A DNA stretch of 32,000 nucleotides from an uncultured bacterium. Its GTDB lineage: Bacteria > GCA-001730085. The position numbers were made by a program, and so were the translations under genes. The notes below the pieces were generated by a model. That model did no database searches, was not told the DNA's origin, and saw only the letters and a program-made list of their open reading frames with translations. The stretch spans positions 1-32,000 of the forward strand of contig CAZMGY010000024.1 of the NCBI GenBank assembly GCA_964565945.1, read 5' to 3'. This document shows, piece after piece, positions 8,549 to 16,691 of this stretch; the stretch's first letter is position 1, and the number at the start of each line of letters is the position of its first letter.

Positions 8549-9478
8549 TCATAGGGTCTCCCTCACAAAATAAAGTGGCTGTTCTTTCACATGTTCAAAC
8601 ACTTGAGCCAAATACAAACCCAAAATGCCAATAAAGAACAGAATCAATCCAGTCGACAAAAGTATCATCCCCATAAGAAACATCCAGCCCTCTTGAAAAT
8701 ACTTAAAAAAATGAGTGCCCAGCAAAACAAGCAAATAAACAAAAGCTCCAAACATCAACAAAAACCCAATAGCAATCGAGCCATATAATAGACGATACGA
8801 CTGAGAGGTTAAGCCATTGATCGCATGCCGTATCAATTTTGGTAATGAATAGCTACTTGAACCAGCAAAACGATTTTGATGCACCACAGGAATACTGGTT
8901 TGACGAAAACCTAACCACTTAAGCACCATAATAAAATGTTGATTACGATTACGTACTTGCCGATACGCCTCAACCACCGATCGCGTTAACATACAAAAGC
9001 TACCCACTTCGATAGAATACGAATCACGACGTCCCAACCATCGATTCACCCATTCAAACAAACGTGCACAAGCATTCTTAAAAAAGTAATGGGCACGATT
9101 TTCTTTGAAGGTGAAAACAATATCGTTACCCTCATCCAGTTTGGCCATCATCCGACTTAAATCCTGAGGGCTATCTTGAAGATCTCCATCCATCACCACC
9201 ACCCGCTCGCCCAAAACCACATCCAAACCTGCCATAATCGAAATGTGTTGACCACAGTTATGGCTCAAATCCAAGCCCCTGACGCGCTCGTCTTGATTAG
9301 CAATCCTCTTGATCGTAGGCCAATCTTTGGAATGACCCGCATCGTTCACAAAGATAATCTCAAACGACAAGTCCTCTAATTGCTCACACAAACGACGATG
9401 AAGCTCGTCCAAACAGTCGTAACAATAATATACGGGAATTACAACCGAAAGATCGCAGGAGCCCTGTCTTTCAAACAT
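8549..9478 (-). CDS. polyprenyl-phosphate glycosyltransferase, GT2 family (ArnC/GtrB/DPM1-like)
   Basis: VVIPVY, FVNDAG, NCGQHISIMAG, MDGDLQDSP, GSSSYSLPKLI, and two C-terminal TM helices. Collinear with my recollection of ArnC. Confidence 0.85.
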   Translation of the reverse strand: MFERQGSCDLSVVIPVYYCYDCLDELHRRLCEQLEDLSFEIIFVNDAGHSKDWPTIKRIANQDERVRGLDLSHNCGQHISIMAGLDVVLGERVVVMDGDLQDSPQDLSRMMAKLDEGNDIVFTFKENRAHYFFKNACARLFEWVNRWLGRRDSYSIEVGSFCMLTRSVVEAYRQVRNRNQHFIMVLKWLGFRQTSIPVVHQNRFAGSSSYSLPKLIRHAINGLTSQSYRLLYGSIAIGFLLMFGAFVYLLVLLGTHFFKYFQEGWMFLMGMILLSTGLILFFIGILGLYLAQVFEHVKEQPLYFVRETL

Positions 9479-9481
9479 ACC

Positions 9482-11389
9482 TTATACCTCTTTTTTCAAC
9501 CTTAATACGTCTATAAAACCTTCGTCAATAGGTTGGTACATTTTATCATGAACATAATTCTGATGCACATACGCCCACAAACGTGGAAACTTATCCTCAG
9601 GGGTTAGACCATCCACCTCCATATCCCACTGTATCACGATAAGCTCGGGTGCCTGGCGCCTTGCAATATCAATGACGCGCTGCTCATCACGCGCATTAAC
9701 AATATTGTAGGGGCTTATATGATTCTTCAACATAAACGGTCGATCTGCCAAAAATGATAACAACGGCACATTCCCAAACAAGTAAATCTTTTCATCAGAC
9801 AAGGTATGCTTTTGCAAATACGCAACCACATAATCCAACTCCTGGGCATAAGCTTCATTAAGTACAAAGCCTTTTGCTCGTCGAGATTGCACATAAGCTT
9901 CTCCCCCCATTAACTCAGGTTTCCCCCATCGATTCATCCCTGAGCCAATCGACTTTTTCAAATACGAAACGCTCACAGCGCGTTGACCTAAACCCCTATA
10001 AACACTAACAGATACAATCATACACACAGCTAAAGCAAGATAACGTCTCCAAGATGTCTTCAACAGAGATAAAACATCATCCAGCAATGCCGCAACAACA
10101 ATCATGAGAGGAATTCCATCCAACAGAAGCGACTCCATCCCAGCACGGTACAACAAGTGAATAAACGACAACAATGCCACCACCCATAACCCTATCGTCA
10201 AAATCAAACGCACATTTCGCGGTCCGTGAATCCATCTCCACATAAGCATAAATCCACTGAGCGACATCACTACATGAGGCGAATAATAAACAAAAATCTT
10301 TTTAACAATAGCTAATGGAGCTAAACCTTTGGCTTTAAGCAAAGAAATCGTGGGATAAGCCAAACAATTATGTCCCCAAAAAGCCGCTCCATTCACATCC
10401 ACCTTAGGCCACAACCAAGTCCATTCGATCCAACCCAACACATGGCACAAGCCTAAAAATAATCCAGCTCCCAATCCCCCCACAAGCAAAGATAACACAG
10501 TCTTGCCCACCAGTCGCCAACGCGAATTATTTTGCCCACTCACATAGAAAAAGCCCATCACTAATACAGCCAACAAAGCCACATTTGCTCGTTCACTCGC
10601 AAAAAATTTAATAAGCACCAAGCCAATTCCAACACAAATCAAATAATAAAAGTGCTTGGTGTGCATATACTGATATACAAACAACAAAGGTAAACACGCA
10701 ATCGTGTAACGAATCAAAGAGCTATGAAATGTAGCTTTAAAAGGAAATAACAGAACAAACATAGCCACAAGAACATACCACCGCAAAGGCCGAAACGCCA
10801 CTTGCCTTTGCAATAACGTATAAATCAGATAAAACCCCAAGAGGTTTAAAAAAGCTATGTAAACTGTAAATACAATCAGTTTGCTCCCCCAGAGATGCAT
10901 TAGACCCACGACAGGAAGCAAATTCAAAATGCCATACACATAGCTAACGTCTTGATGCTGAAGCATCGCCTGAATCACGCGAAGATAAGCTCCTGTTTCA
11001 AAATAAAGCTGAAAAGGATTGCCGCCAGGCATATTTATATATAGAAAATCAGGGTAGACATACAAAAAAGCCCCTAAACTCATCACCATCAGAGTCATCC
11101 ACCATCTATCGCAAGGAACCTGTGCGTTTGTATCCCTTAAAAGAAGTCTCGTGAACGACTTTTGATGCCAGGCATACAAAGCCACCCCAAAACCTGGAAC
11201 TATCACTATAAACGCATAATTGAGAAAAATTTGAATCATCGAAACTTTATTAAGGATGGAATCACTGATCATTCCTTGTTGACGCGCCATTTCAACATCC
11301 CACTGCATAGCTGGCATTAAATAGAGCACAAGAGCCGTTAATCCAAAAAGTAACCCAAAGGCCCTCCAATCCTTATGGTTAGGAATCAT
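9482..11389 (-). CDS. polytopic membrane protein with a C-terminal soluble domain; putative GT-C glycosyltransferase (ArnT/PMT-like)
   Basis: About 12 or more hydrophobic segments, then a ~150-aa soluble tail. An acidic first loop (QWDVEMARQQ) follows TM1. Ends 3 nt before the GT2 start. Start moved to the ATG at 11387-11389 because GGAGG (11395-11399) sits 5 nt upstream; the ORF-track TTG would overlap that site. Confidence 0.5.
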   Translation of the reverse strand: MIPNHKDWRAFGLLFGLTALVLYLMPAMQWDVEMARQQGMISDSILNKVSMIQIFLNYAFIVIVPGFGVALYAWHQKSFTRLLLRDTNAQVPCDRWWMTLMVMSLGAFLYVYPDFLYINMPGGNPFQLYFETGAYLRVIQAMLQHQDVSYVYGILNLLPVVGLMHLWGSKLIVFTVYIAFLNLLGFYLIYTLLQRQVAFRPLRWYVLVAMFVLLFPFKATFHSSLIRYTIACLPLLFVYQYMHTKHFYYLICVGIGLVLIKFFASERANVALLAVLVMGFFYVSGQNNSRWRLVGKTVLSLLVGGLGAGLFLGLCHVLGWIEWTWLWPKVDVNGAAFWGHNCLAYPTISLLKAKGLAPLAIVKKIFVYYSPHVVMSLSGFMLMWRWIHGPRNVRLILTIGLWVVALLSFIHLLYRAGMESLLLDGIPLMIVVAALLDDVLSLLKTSWRRYLALAVCMIVSVSVYRGLGQRAVSVSYLKKSIGSGMNRWGKPELMGGEAYVQSRRAKGFVLNEAYAQELDYVVAYLQKHTLSDEKIYLFGNVPLLSFLADRPFMLKNHISPYNIVNARDEQRVIDIARRQAPELIVIQWDMEVDGLTPEDKFPRLWAYVHQNYVHDKMYQPIDEGFIDVLRLKKEV

Positions 11390-11483
11390 ATCTGCCTCCA
11401 ATATGTGGTGCTAAAAAAGGTTTAAATAGCGAGGGAATATCATAACTGGGAAACAAATCACACACATTGTGCCCACGTTCGAG

Positions 11484-11555
11484 CTAAATGAACAGCGAAT
11501 AAATCACCACAAAGGCCACAAGACTCATCACTGGAATGGCAATTAAAAAAGACAT
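11484..11555 (-). CDS. candidate 23-aa hydrophobic micro-protein (MSFLIAIPVMSLVAFVVIYSLFI)
   Basis: ATG at 11553-11555 with GGAG 7 nt upstream, giving a single predicted TM helix. Too short to appear in the ORF track. Confidence 0.25.
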   Translation of the reverse strand: MSFLIAIPVMSLVAFVVIYSLFI

Positions 11556-11993
11556 TCACTTACTCCTTATATTAAGTGTCCAGTATATCAAATTTATTAG
11601 GCAGCTATCAAGGTTTCAAAAGTTGGGCGATACTCTTGCATTTTAGCAGAGTTAACGGCTACCTAAGACTCGGATCAGTTGCAAATTGCAAGCTTTGATA
11701 CGGCTGCTGTTGAAGCACACATTCAACAAATCCTTGATACTAAAGTAATTCAGCATTTTGGTTCCAGGTAACAACTTTTATGGATTACACATCCATTCAA
11801 TCATCCACTAGGATTTTAAATGCTCTTTAGCCAAAGCAAAGTCAGACCCCCAGCGATCCAGAGAAGCCACAGGCATTTGATCGCCCTGAATATGAGCGTT
11901 CCCATAATCTAAGCAGTCCGCAAAGAGCAACAACTTTCCAGCATCGTACAACTCTTTTTTCTGATCTTCTTGGACAAAACCTATTTTCTACGT

Positions 11994-13877
11994 TTATTCA
12001 GGCATTTTCACACTAGAATCAACCTTGACTAACCCCATCAAAGCCGTCGTGATCGCCTCGGCTTCGGAATCACTGAATCCAAAATCCGGCATGATCAATT
12101 TTTCTAGCGGATTAAGGATTTTTCCATGATCAAAACCACGTGGATTTTTAATTTTATTAAATAACCAATCATGCTTGGTGTGAGGAATATCATGTCTAAA
12201 ACCAAAGTCAAACTGATGCAAAGTTTTACTAGCAATGCCATTCAATTCACCTCCAATCGGTAAAGCATCTTCCATACCCTCCACCTCATGACACGATGCG
12301 CACCCATAATAATTCACCAACTTCTCACCACTAAAAAACTGCTTTTCTTGAATGCTCATTTGTGTCAACTTCTCTTTCGACTGATCTTCGGTCAGCACTT
12401 TATTCATAAAGTCTAGAGTGATTTGATCTAAAATCTTGTGATCTAAATCAGGTACATTTTTCTGACCCAAAGATTTATCTGTTTGACTCATAAGATAAGA
12501 CGTAATATCAGCAGCTTCTTGATCGCTCAAACGCATATCAGGCATTGTAGTCGCAGGATGATAACTTTGTGGCTCTTTCAACCAATTGAATAACCACTTC
12601 GCATTTGTTTTTGATCCCATATTCAAAAGATTAGGACCCTGCTCACGAGTCAAATCTTTAAGAGTCAAATTTCTCTCTTGACCTATACCAGATTGAACTT
12701 GATGACAGCTAGAACATCCTGGACCAGCAAGCAACTCTTCACCTTTCACAGGATCACCTTTAACGGGAATTTCTTCCATATCATAGGTTTTGCTTTTTTC
12801 GTAAAGAAAAGCTTTGATCGCATGAATTTCTTGCTCTCCTCGACGCACCGACTCGGCATTGCTGTTATTGGCTAAATTAAAATAAGAAGGCATCCATGTG
12901 TTATGGCGAAAACTTTTAGGATCATGAATCCAATGATAGATCCACGTATCTGTGGTTAACTTGTCCGCCATTTTCTTTAAGTTAGGTCCAGGACGATCGT
13001 AGCTGGCAAACTTATCCATCTTATGACAAGCATCACACCCCGATTGCGCTATCAAGCGAAGACCCAAGTTAAGTTTTTCGGCACCTTTAATTGATGTTTT
13101 TGGGCTATGACATTGAAGACAGCTCGCTTCAATGTGTTTTTTAGGTAACATAGGTTGATCCCACTCAGCCATCGGATGCCAGTCATATTTTTCCTTCCAC
13201 TCTTTGGCTTGCTCGGGGCTATTCGGTGTATGCACCGAACTTTGGAACGATGTTCCCTGACCACGACCTTGATGACAAGATGTACAAGAAGATCCTTGAA
13301 TCGGATGAGGAGACTCACTCGACAAATAAAGCTCTAAGTTAGGATGTGTCCGGTCAGGCTGCGGCATATTCTCATAGCCTTTTTTCATAATCCCTTTGTG
13401 ACAAGAAGTACAGAGCTCCACTTTAAGAACTTTGGAAAAATGGAGATCACCCTTAATGTCTTTAACCGCCCTTCGATCAATTTTATCATAAGGGTTCAAC
13501 ATATCAAGAACAGGCAAGTCGCCCACAATTGATCCCAAGTTGTTTTGAACATCCATCGAACCAAGATCAACTTTTTTCAACTTTCCTTCCAAAACATTTT
13601 TTTGCACCTCAACAACCCGTACATCTCGCCCCGCCTTTTTCAATTCCGAGGCTGTTTTAAGTTTGTCTACCTCCTGATCGAGCAACTCTTTGGTCTGTGC
13701 CGATTCAAACTTACGAAATTCCTTCTGATAAGTTTTCCATTCATTGTTGTAATCTTTAAAGAAAATGATCAGAATCAATGCTAACAACAAAGAGGCAACA
13801 ATAAGAAAGCACTTTCCCAATGAGTTTAAACTATAACAACTTTTTGGCCATTTGTTTTGATTTCGTTTGCTCAACAC
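11994..13877 (-). CDS. membrane-anchored hexahaem c-type cytochrome
   Basis: Six CXXCH motifs: CTSCH, CTSCH, CLQCH, CDACH, CSSCH, CASCH. N-terminal TM helix followed by a coiled-coil-like segment. Three C-terminal class-I-like modules each carry a downstream MP motif. GTG or TTG start after GAGGG. Confidence 0.85.
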   Translation of the reverse strand: MLSKRNQNKWPKSCYSLNSLGKCFLIVASLLLALILIIFFKDYNNEWKTYQKEFRKFESAQTKELLDQEVDKLKTASELKKAGRDVRVVEVQKNVLEGKLKKVDLGSMDVQNNLGSIVGDLPVLDMLNPYDKIDRRAVKDIKGDLHFSKVLKVELCTSCHKGIMKKGYENMPQPDRTHPNLELYLSSESPHPIQGSSCTSCHQGRGQGTSFQSSVHTPNSPEQAKEWKEKYDWHPMAEWDQPMLPKKHIEASCLQCHSPKTSIKGAEKLNLGLRLIAQSGCDACHKMDKFASYDRPGPNLKKMADKLTTDTWIYHWIHDPKSFRHNTWMPSYFNLANNSNAESVRRGEQEIHAIKAFLYEKSKTYDMEEIPVKGDPVKGEELLAGPGCSSCHQVQSGIGQERNLTLKDLTREQGPNLLNMGSKTNAKWLFNWLKEPQSYHPATTMPDMRLSDQEAADITSYLMSQTDKSLGQKNVPDLDHKILDQITLDFMNKVLTEDQSKEKLTQMSIQEKQFFSGEKLVNYYGCASCHEVEGMEDALPIGGELNGIASKTLHQFDFGFRHDIPHTKHDWLFNKIKNPRGFDHGKILNPLEKLIMPDFGFSDSEAEAITTALMGLVKVDSSVKMPE

Positions 13878-13999
13878 TACACCCTCAACTTATTTGGCAC
13901 CAAAAAAAATATACTTTAATAAACAATCATAAAACAAATTACAGTTTATTTTCCAAACCTCTTTGTCTTATCCCTAGCAACTTTAAATTATAGAATCAC

Positions 14000-15082
14000 T
14001 CATACCGTCTCCTTAAGCACTTCAGATTGAGATGAAGCCGCTACCTGATTAGAACCAAACTCCTTCATTTTTTCCAACTTGGTATAAAATTCACTGATTT
14101 TTCGATCGATAATACTATAAACATCCTTAATCGCTGTTTTACGTCGCTGATAGTTTTGTTCGAGAGTCGCTCCCAAATCATCTATGGCAAACAAAGCAAG
14201 TTGATCATACTGAGCCACCTGAGGATCAATGTTACGTGGCATAGAAATATCCATTAAAAGCAACTCTGAAGTCCGATGCCTCATCACGTGCTCCATCACT
14301 TCGCGATCAACCACATAATGAGGCGCATTCACCGCACAAATGCAAAGGTTGACATCTTGCAAAACCCGTGTTAACTCGAGAAAAGAAACAGCTTCAGCCT
14401 GGAATTTCTCTGCCAAAGCCATAGATTTATCTCGGGTTCGGTTCATGATGTATAGGGTATCCAACGAGCGTGTTGTCAATTGCTTAGCTGCAAGCTCTCC
14501 CATTTGACCCGAGCCTATAAGCAGAACTTTTTTACCACTTAAGCTTCCCAAGTATTTTTCGGAAAAATTAACAGCAGCCCAGCTAACAGAGGTCCCTCCA
14601 TAGCCAATTTCGGTTTCCTCATGCGCCAATTTCCCCATACGCACCGCTACTCGGCACAACAAATTGAGTGCACGGCTAAGCATATTCGACTCCTGAGCTT
14701 TGGCAAAAGCTTCTTTTACTTGGCCTAAGATTTGTTTTTCTCCTAAAATTAGTGAGTCCAAGCTTGATATCACCTTAAACAAATGCTCAATGGCATTATC
14801 TTTGGATTGACGATAAAAATAATTTTTGAAATCACTATGCCATTTCTGTTTTTTGACTTGAAAAAGTGTTTGTAGAACGAATTCGGCATCAAGATTGCTT
14901 CGCACCATGTCAACATAGATTTCAATACGGTTGCAGGTACTCACCACAAAGGCACCCAAAACTTCGTTCCTCAGCTTGAGCTGGCTAAGCAACAATTCTT
15001 GCTCAATCGCCGAAAGACAAAACTTTTCTCTAACTTCAATTGGCGCCGTTTTATGACTAATACCAATAACATCTAAATGCAT
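14000..15082 (-). CDS. hemA: glutamyl-tRNA reductase (short form, 360 aa)
   Basis: GISHKTAPIEVREKF, the STCNRIEIY catalytic Cys motif and an LIGSGQMG NADPH-binding site. Confidence 0.9.
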   Translation of the reverse strand: MHLDVIGISHKTAPIEVREKFCLSAIEQELLLSQLKLRNEVLGAFVVSTCNRIEIYVDMVRSNLDAEFVLQTLFQVKKQKWHSDFKNYFYRQSKDNAIEHLFKVISSLDSLILGEKQILGQVKEAFAKAQESNMLSRALNLLCRVAVRMGKLAHEETEIGYGGTSVSWAAVNFSEKYLGSLSGKKVLLIGSGQMGELAAKQLTTRSLDTLYIMNRTRDKSMALAEKFQAEAVSFLELTRVLQDVNLCICAVNAPHYVVDREVMEHVMRHRTSELLLMDISMPRNIDPQVAQYDQLALFAIDDLGATLEQNYQRRKTAIKDVYSIIDRKISEFYTKLEKMKEFGSNQVAASSQSEVLKETV

Positions 15083-15144
15083 AAAACCTATTTAGACTCC
15101 ACTCTTTTCAGACATCCCTACACAAGAAAAAAAATACACCTCCC

Positions 15145-15172
15145 AATATTATACATGGATTGGTATAATATT
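15145..15172. promoter_or_regulatory. 10-bp perfect inverted repeat (AATATTATAC-8 nt-GTATAATATT) in the hemA/hemY divergent intergenic region
   Basis: Each arm presents a TATAAT hexamer pointing outward; the right arm reads TGgTATAAT. Read directly from the sequence. Confidence 0.3.
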
Positions 15173-15288
15173 ACAAATATTTTTTAATCGTTATGAATCC
15201 TGCAGTCAAGCCGCAAAATGACAGATAATAGTAGTGATTATAATTGTATAATACATATTTTAATTAATTAAATAATAGGACAGACTCA

Positions 15289-16632
15289 ATGAAGATTATC
15301 GTATTAGGAGCCGGCATCGCAGGCCTCGTAGCCGCCTATCGCTGCAAACAAACCTATCCCGATAGCACAATCACCATCATCGAACACAAGCCTCAAGTGG
15401 GTGGATGGATCGATTCATTGCATCAAGACGGATTTATTTTCGAGCAAGGTCCTCGCAGCATTCGCCCCAAAGGTAAAGGTCAAGTCCTCCTCAAATTGAT
15501 TGTAGATCTTGACCTAATGGATCAAATTCTCATCGCCAACCCTGCCGCTAAACGCCGTTATATCTATCACCAAAAACTTCTTGAAGTGCCATCAGGGCTA
15601 CTTAGTTTAATCCAGTCACCCTTGCAAGGTGTTTTTCTCGAAGCATTACAAACCGATTGGAAGCTTCGGTCGTTCCCTTTCGAAAAAGTGAGTTTGGCTC
15701 AATTTTCTCGGCGCCACTTTGGAGATCGCTTCACACGGCTCATTCTCCAGCCAGCTGTTTCAGGAATTTGGGCGGGAGATATTGAACAGTTGAGTGCTCA
15801 AGCAACTCTGCCTCAGCTCACCCTTTTGGAACAAAAAGAAGGCTCCCTTCTACGCTCTTGGCTTAAGAAAAAAAAGAAGAAAATTCCGTGGCCCTACAGC
15901 CGTGAACTCAAAAAAGCCGTTCTTATATCTTTTCGTCAAGGGATGTCCTCACTCCCTTTAGCCCTAGCCAAACAATTGCACCAACACCTTAAACTCGAAG
16001 AAACGGTGCAAAACATTCAATGGGATGGTCAAACCTACACCGTCCAGACCAACCAAAACAGTTACCAAGCCCAACATATTTTTTCGGCTCTACCAGCCCA
16101 CATTCTAAGTCCGTTGGTTTTTGACTGCGACAAAGCTCTCAGCCACAAACTCAGCCAAATCGACTATGCCCCCATCACCGTCGTCACCTTGGCCTATCAA
16201 CAGCCCGTTCATGCCATTAAAGGATTTGGCTATCTGAACGTGCAAAACTCATCCCAAGATATTTTAGGAGTCGTGATGAATGATCAAACATTCCCAGATC
16301 ACGCACCCAGCTCTAGCCAATCTCTAAGTGTTATGATTGGCGGAGCACGATTTAAGAACTTTGCTCAGTACTCCCAAGACGATTTTATCACCATGGCCCA
16401 AAACGCTGTTCGGAACCATTTGGGCATCCAAATAAATTCTGATATCGCACACTGCAAAATTATGCCCAAAGCAATCCCCCAATACAATATGGGATACAAC
16501 GGTTTAACACAAAGCCTGCTCCAAAGATGTCCTTTAGGTTTGCACCTGATTGGAAACTACATGGGAGGCGTTTCGGTCATCGACACCATTGCGCAAGCCG
16601 AACACAGCGTTGCCAAGCTCCTCACTCCATGA
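15289..16632 (+). CDS. hemY: FAD-dependent protoporphyrinogen (or coproporphyrinogen) oxidase, HemY/PPOX family
   Basis: IIVLGAGIAGLVAAY dinucleotide fold, GGWI, FEQGPRS, and the expected length for a PPOX. Confidence 0.85.
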   Translation: MKIIVLGAGIAGLVAAYRCKQTYPDSTITIIEHKPQVGGWIDSLHQDGFIFEQGPRSIRPKGKGQVLLKLIVDLDLMDQILIANPAAKRRYIYHQKLLEVPSGLLSLIQSPLQGVFLEALQTDWKLRSFPFEKVSLAQFSRRHFGDRFTRLILQPAVSGIWAGDIEQLSAQATLPQLTLLEQKEGSLLRSWLKKKKKKIPWPYSRELKKAVLISFRQGMSSLPLALAKQLHQHLKLEETVQNIQWDGQTYTVQTNQNSYQAQHIFSALPAHILSPLVFDCDKALSHKLSQIDYAPITVVTLAYQQPVHAIKGFGYLNVQNSSQDILGVVMNDQTFPDHAPSSSQSLSVMIGGARFKNFAQYSQDDFITMAQNAVRNHLGIQINSDIAHCKIMPKAIPQYNMGYNGLTQSLLQRCPLGLHLIGNYMGGVSVIDTIAQAEHSVAKLLTP

Positions 16633-16691
16633 CAAAAGCGATATACTATGATTTAATAATAGGCTAACCCAACATATTTAGAGAAATTTCT

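Noticed and set aside
8351-8554. 67-codon plus-strand ORF that almost exactly fills the 218-bp gap downstream of the GT2 gene.
   Set aside because: It has a TTG start, no Shine-Dalgarno sequence and no recognisable motifs, and runs opposite to the operon. I mention it under a finding but do not call it as a gene.
6546-11996. The idea that in-frame TAA/TAG codons (7011, 7152, 11988, 11994) reflect stop-codon reassignment or an alternative genetic code.
   Set aside because: All the well-supported genes I checked in the window terminate normally at TAA, TAG or TGA, with sensible lengths and family-typical C-termini.
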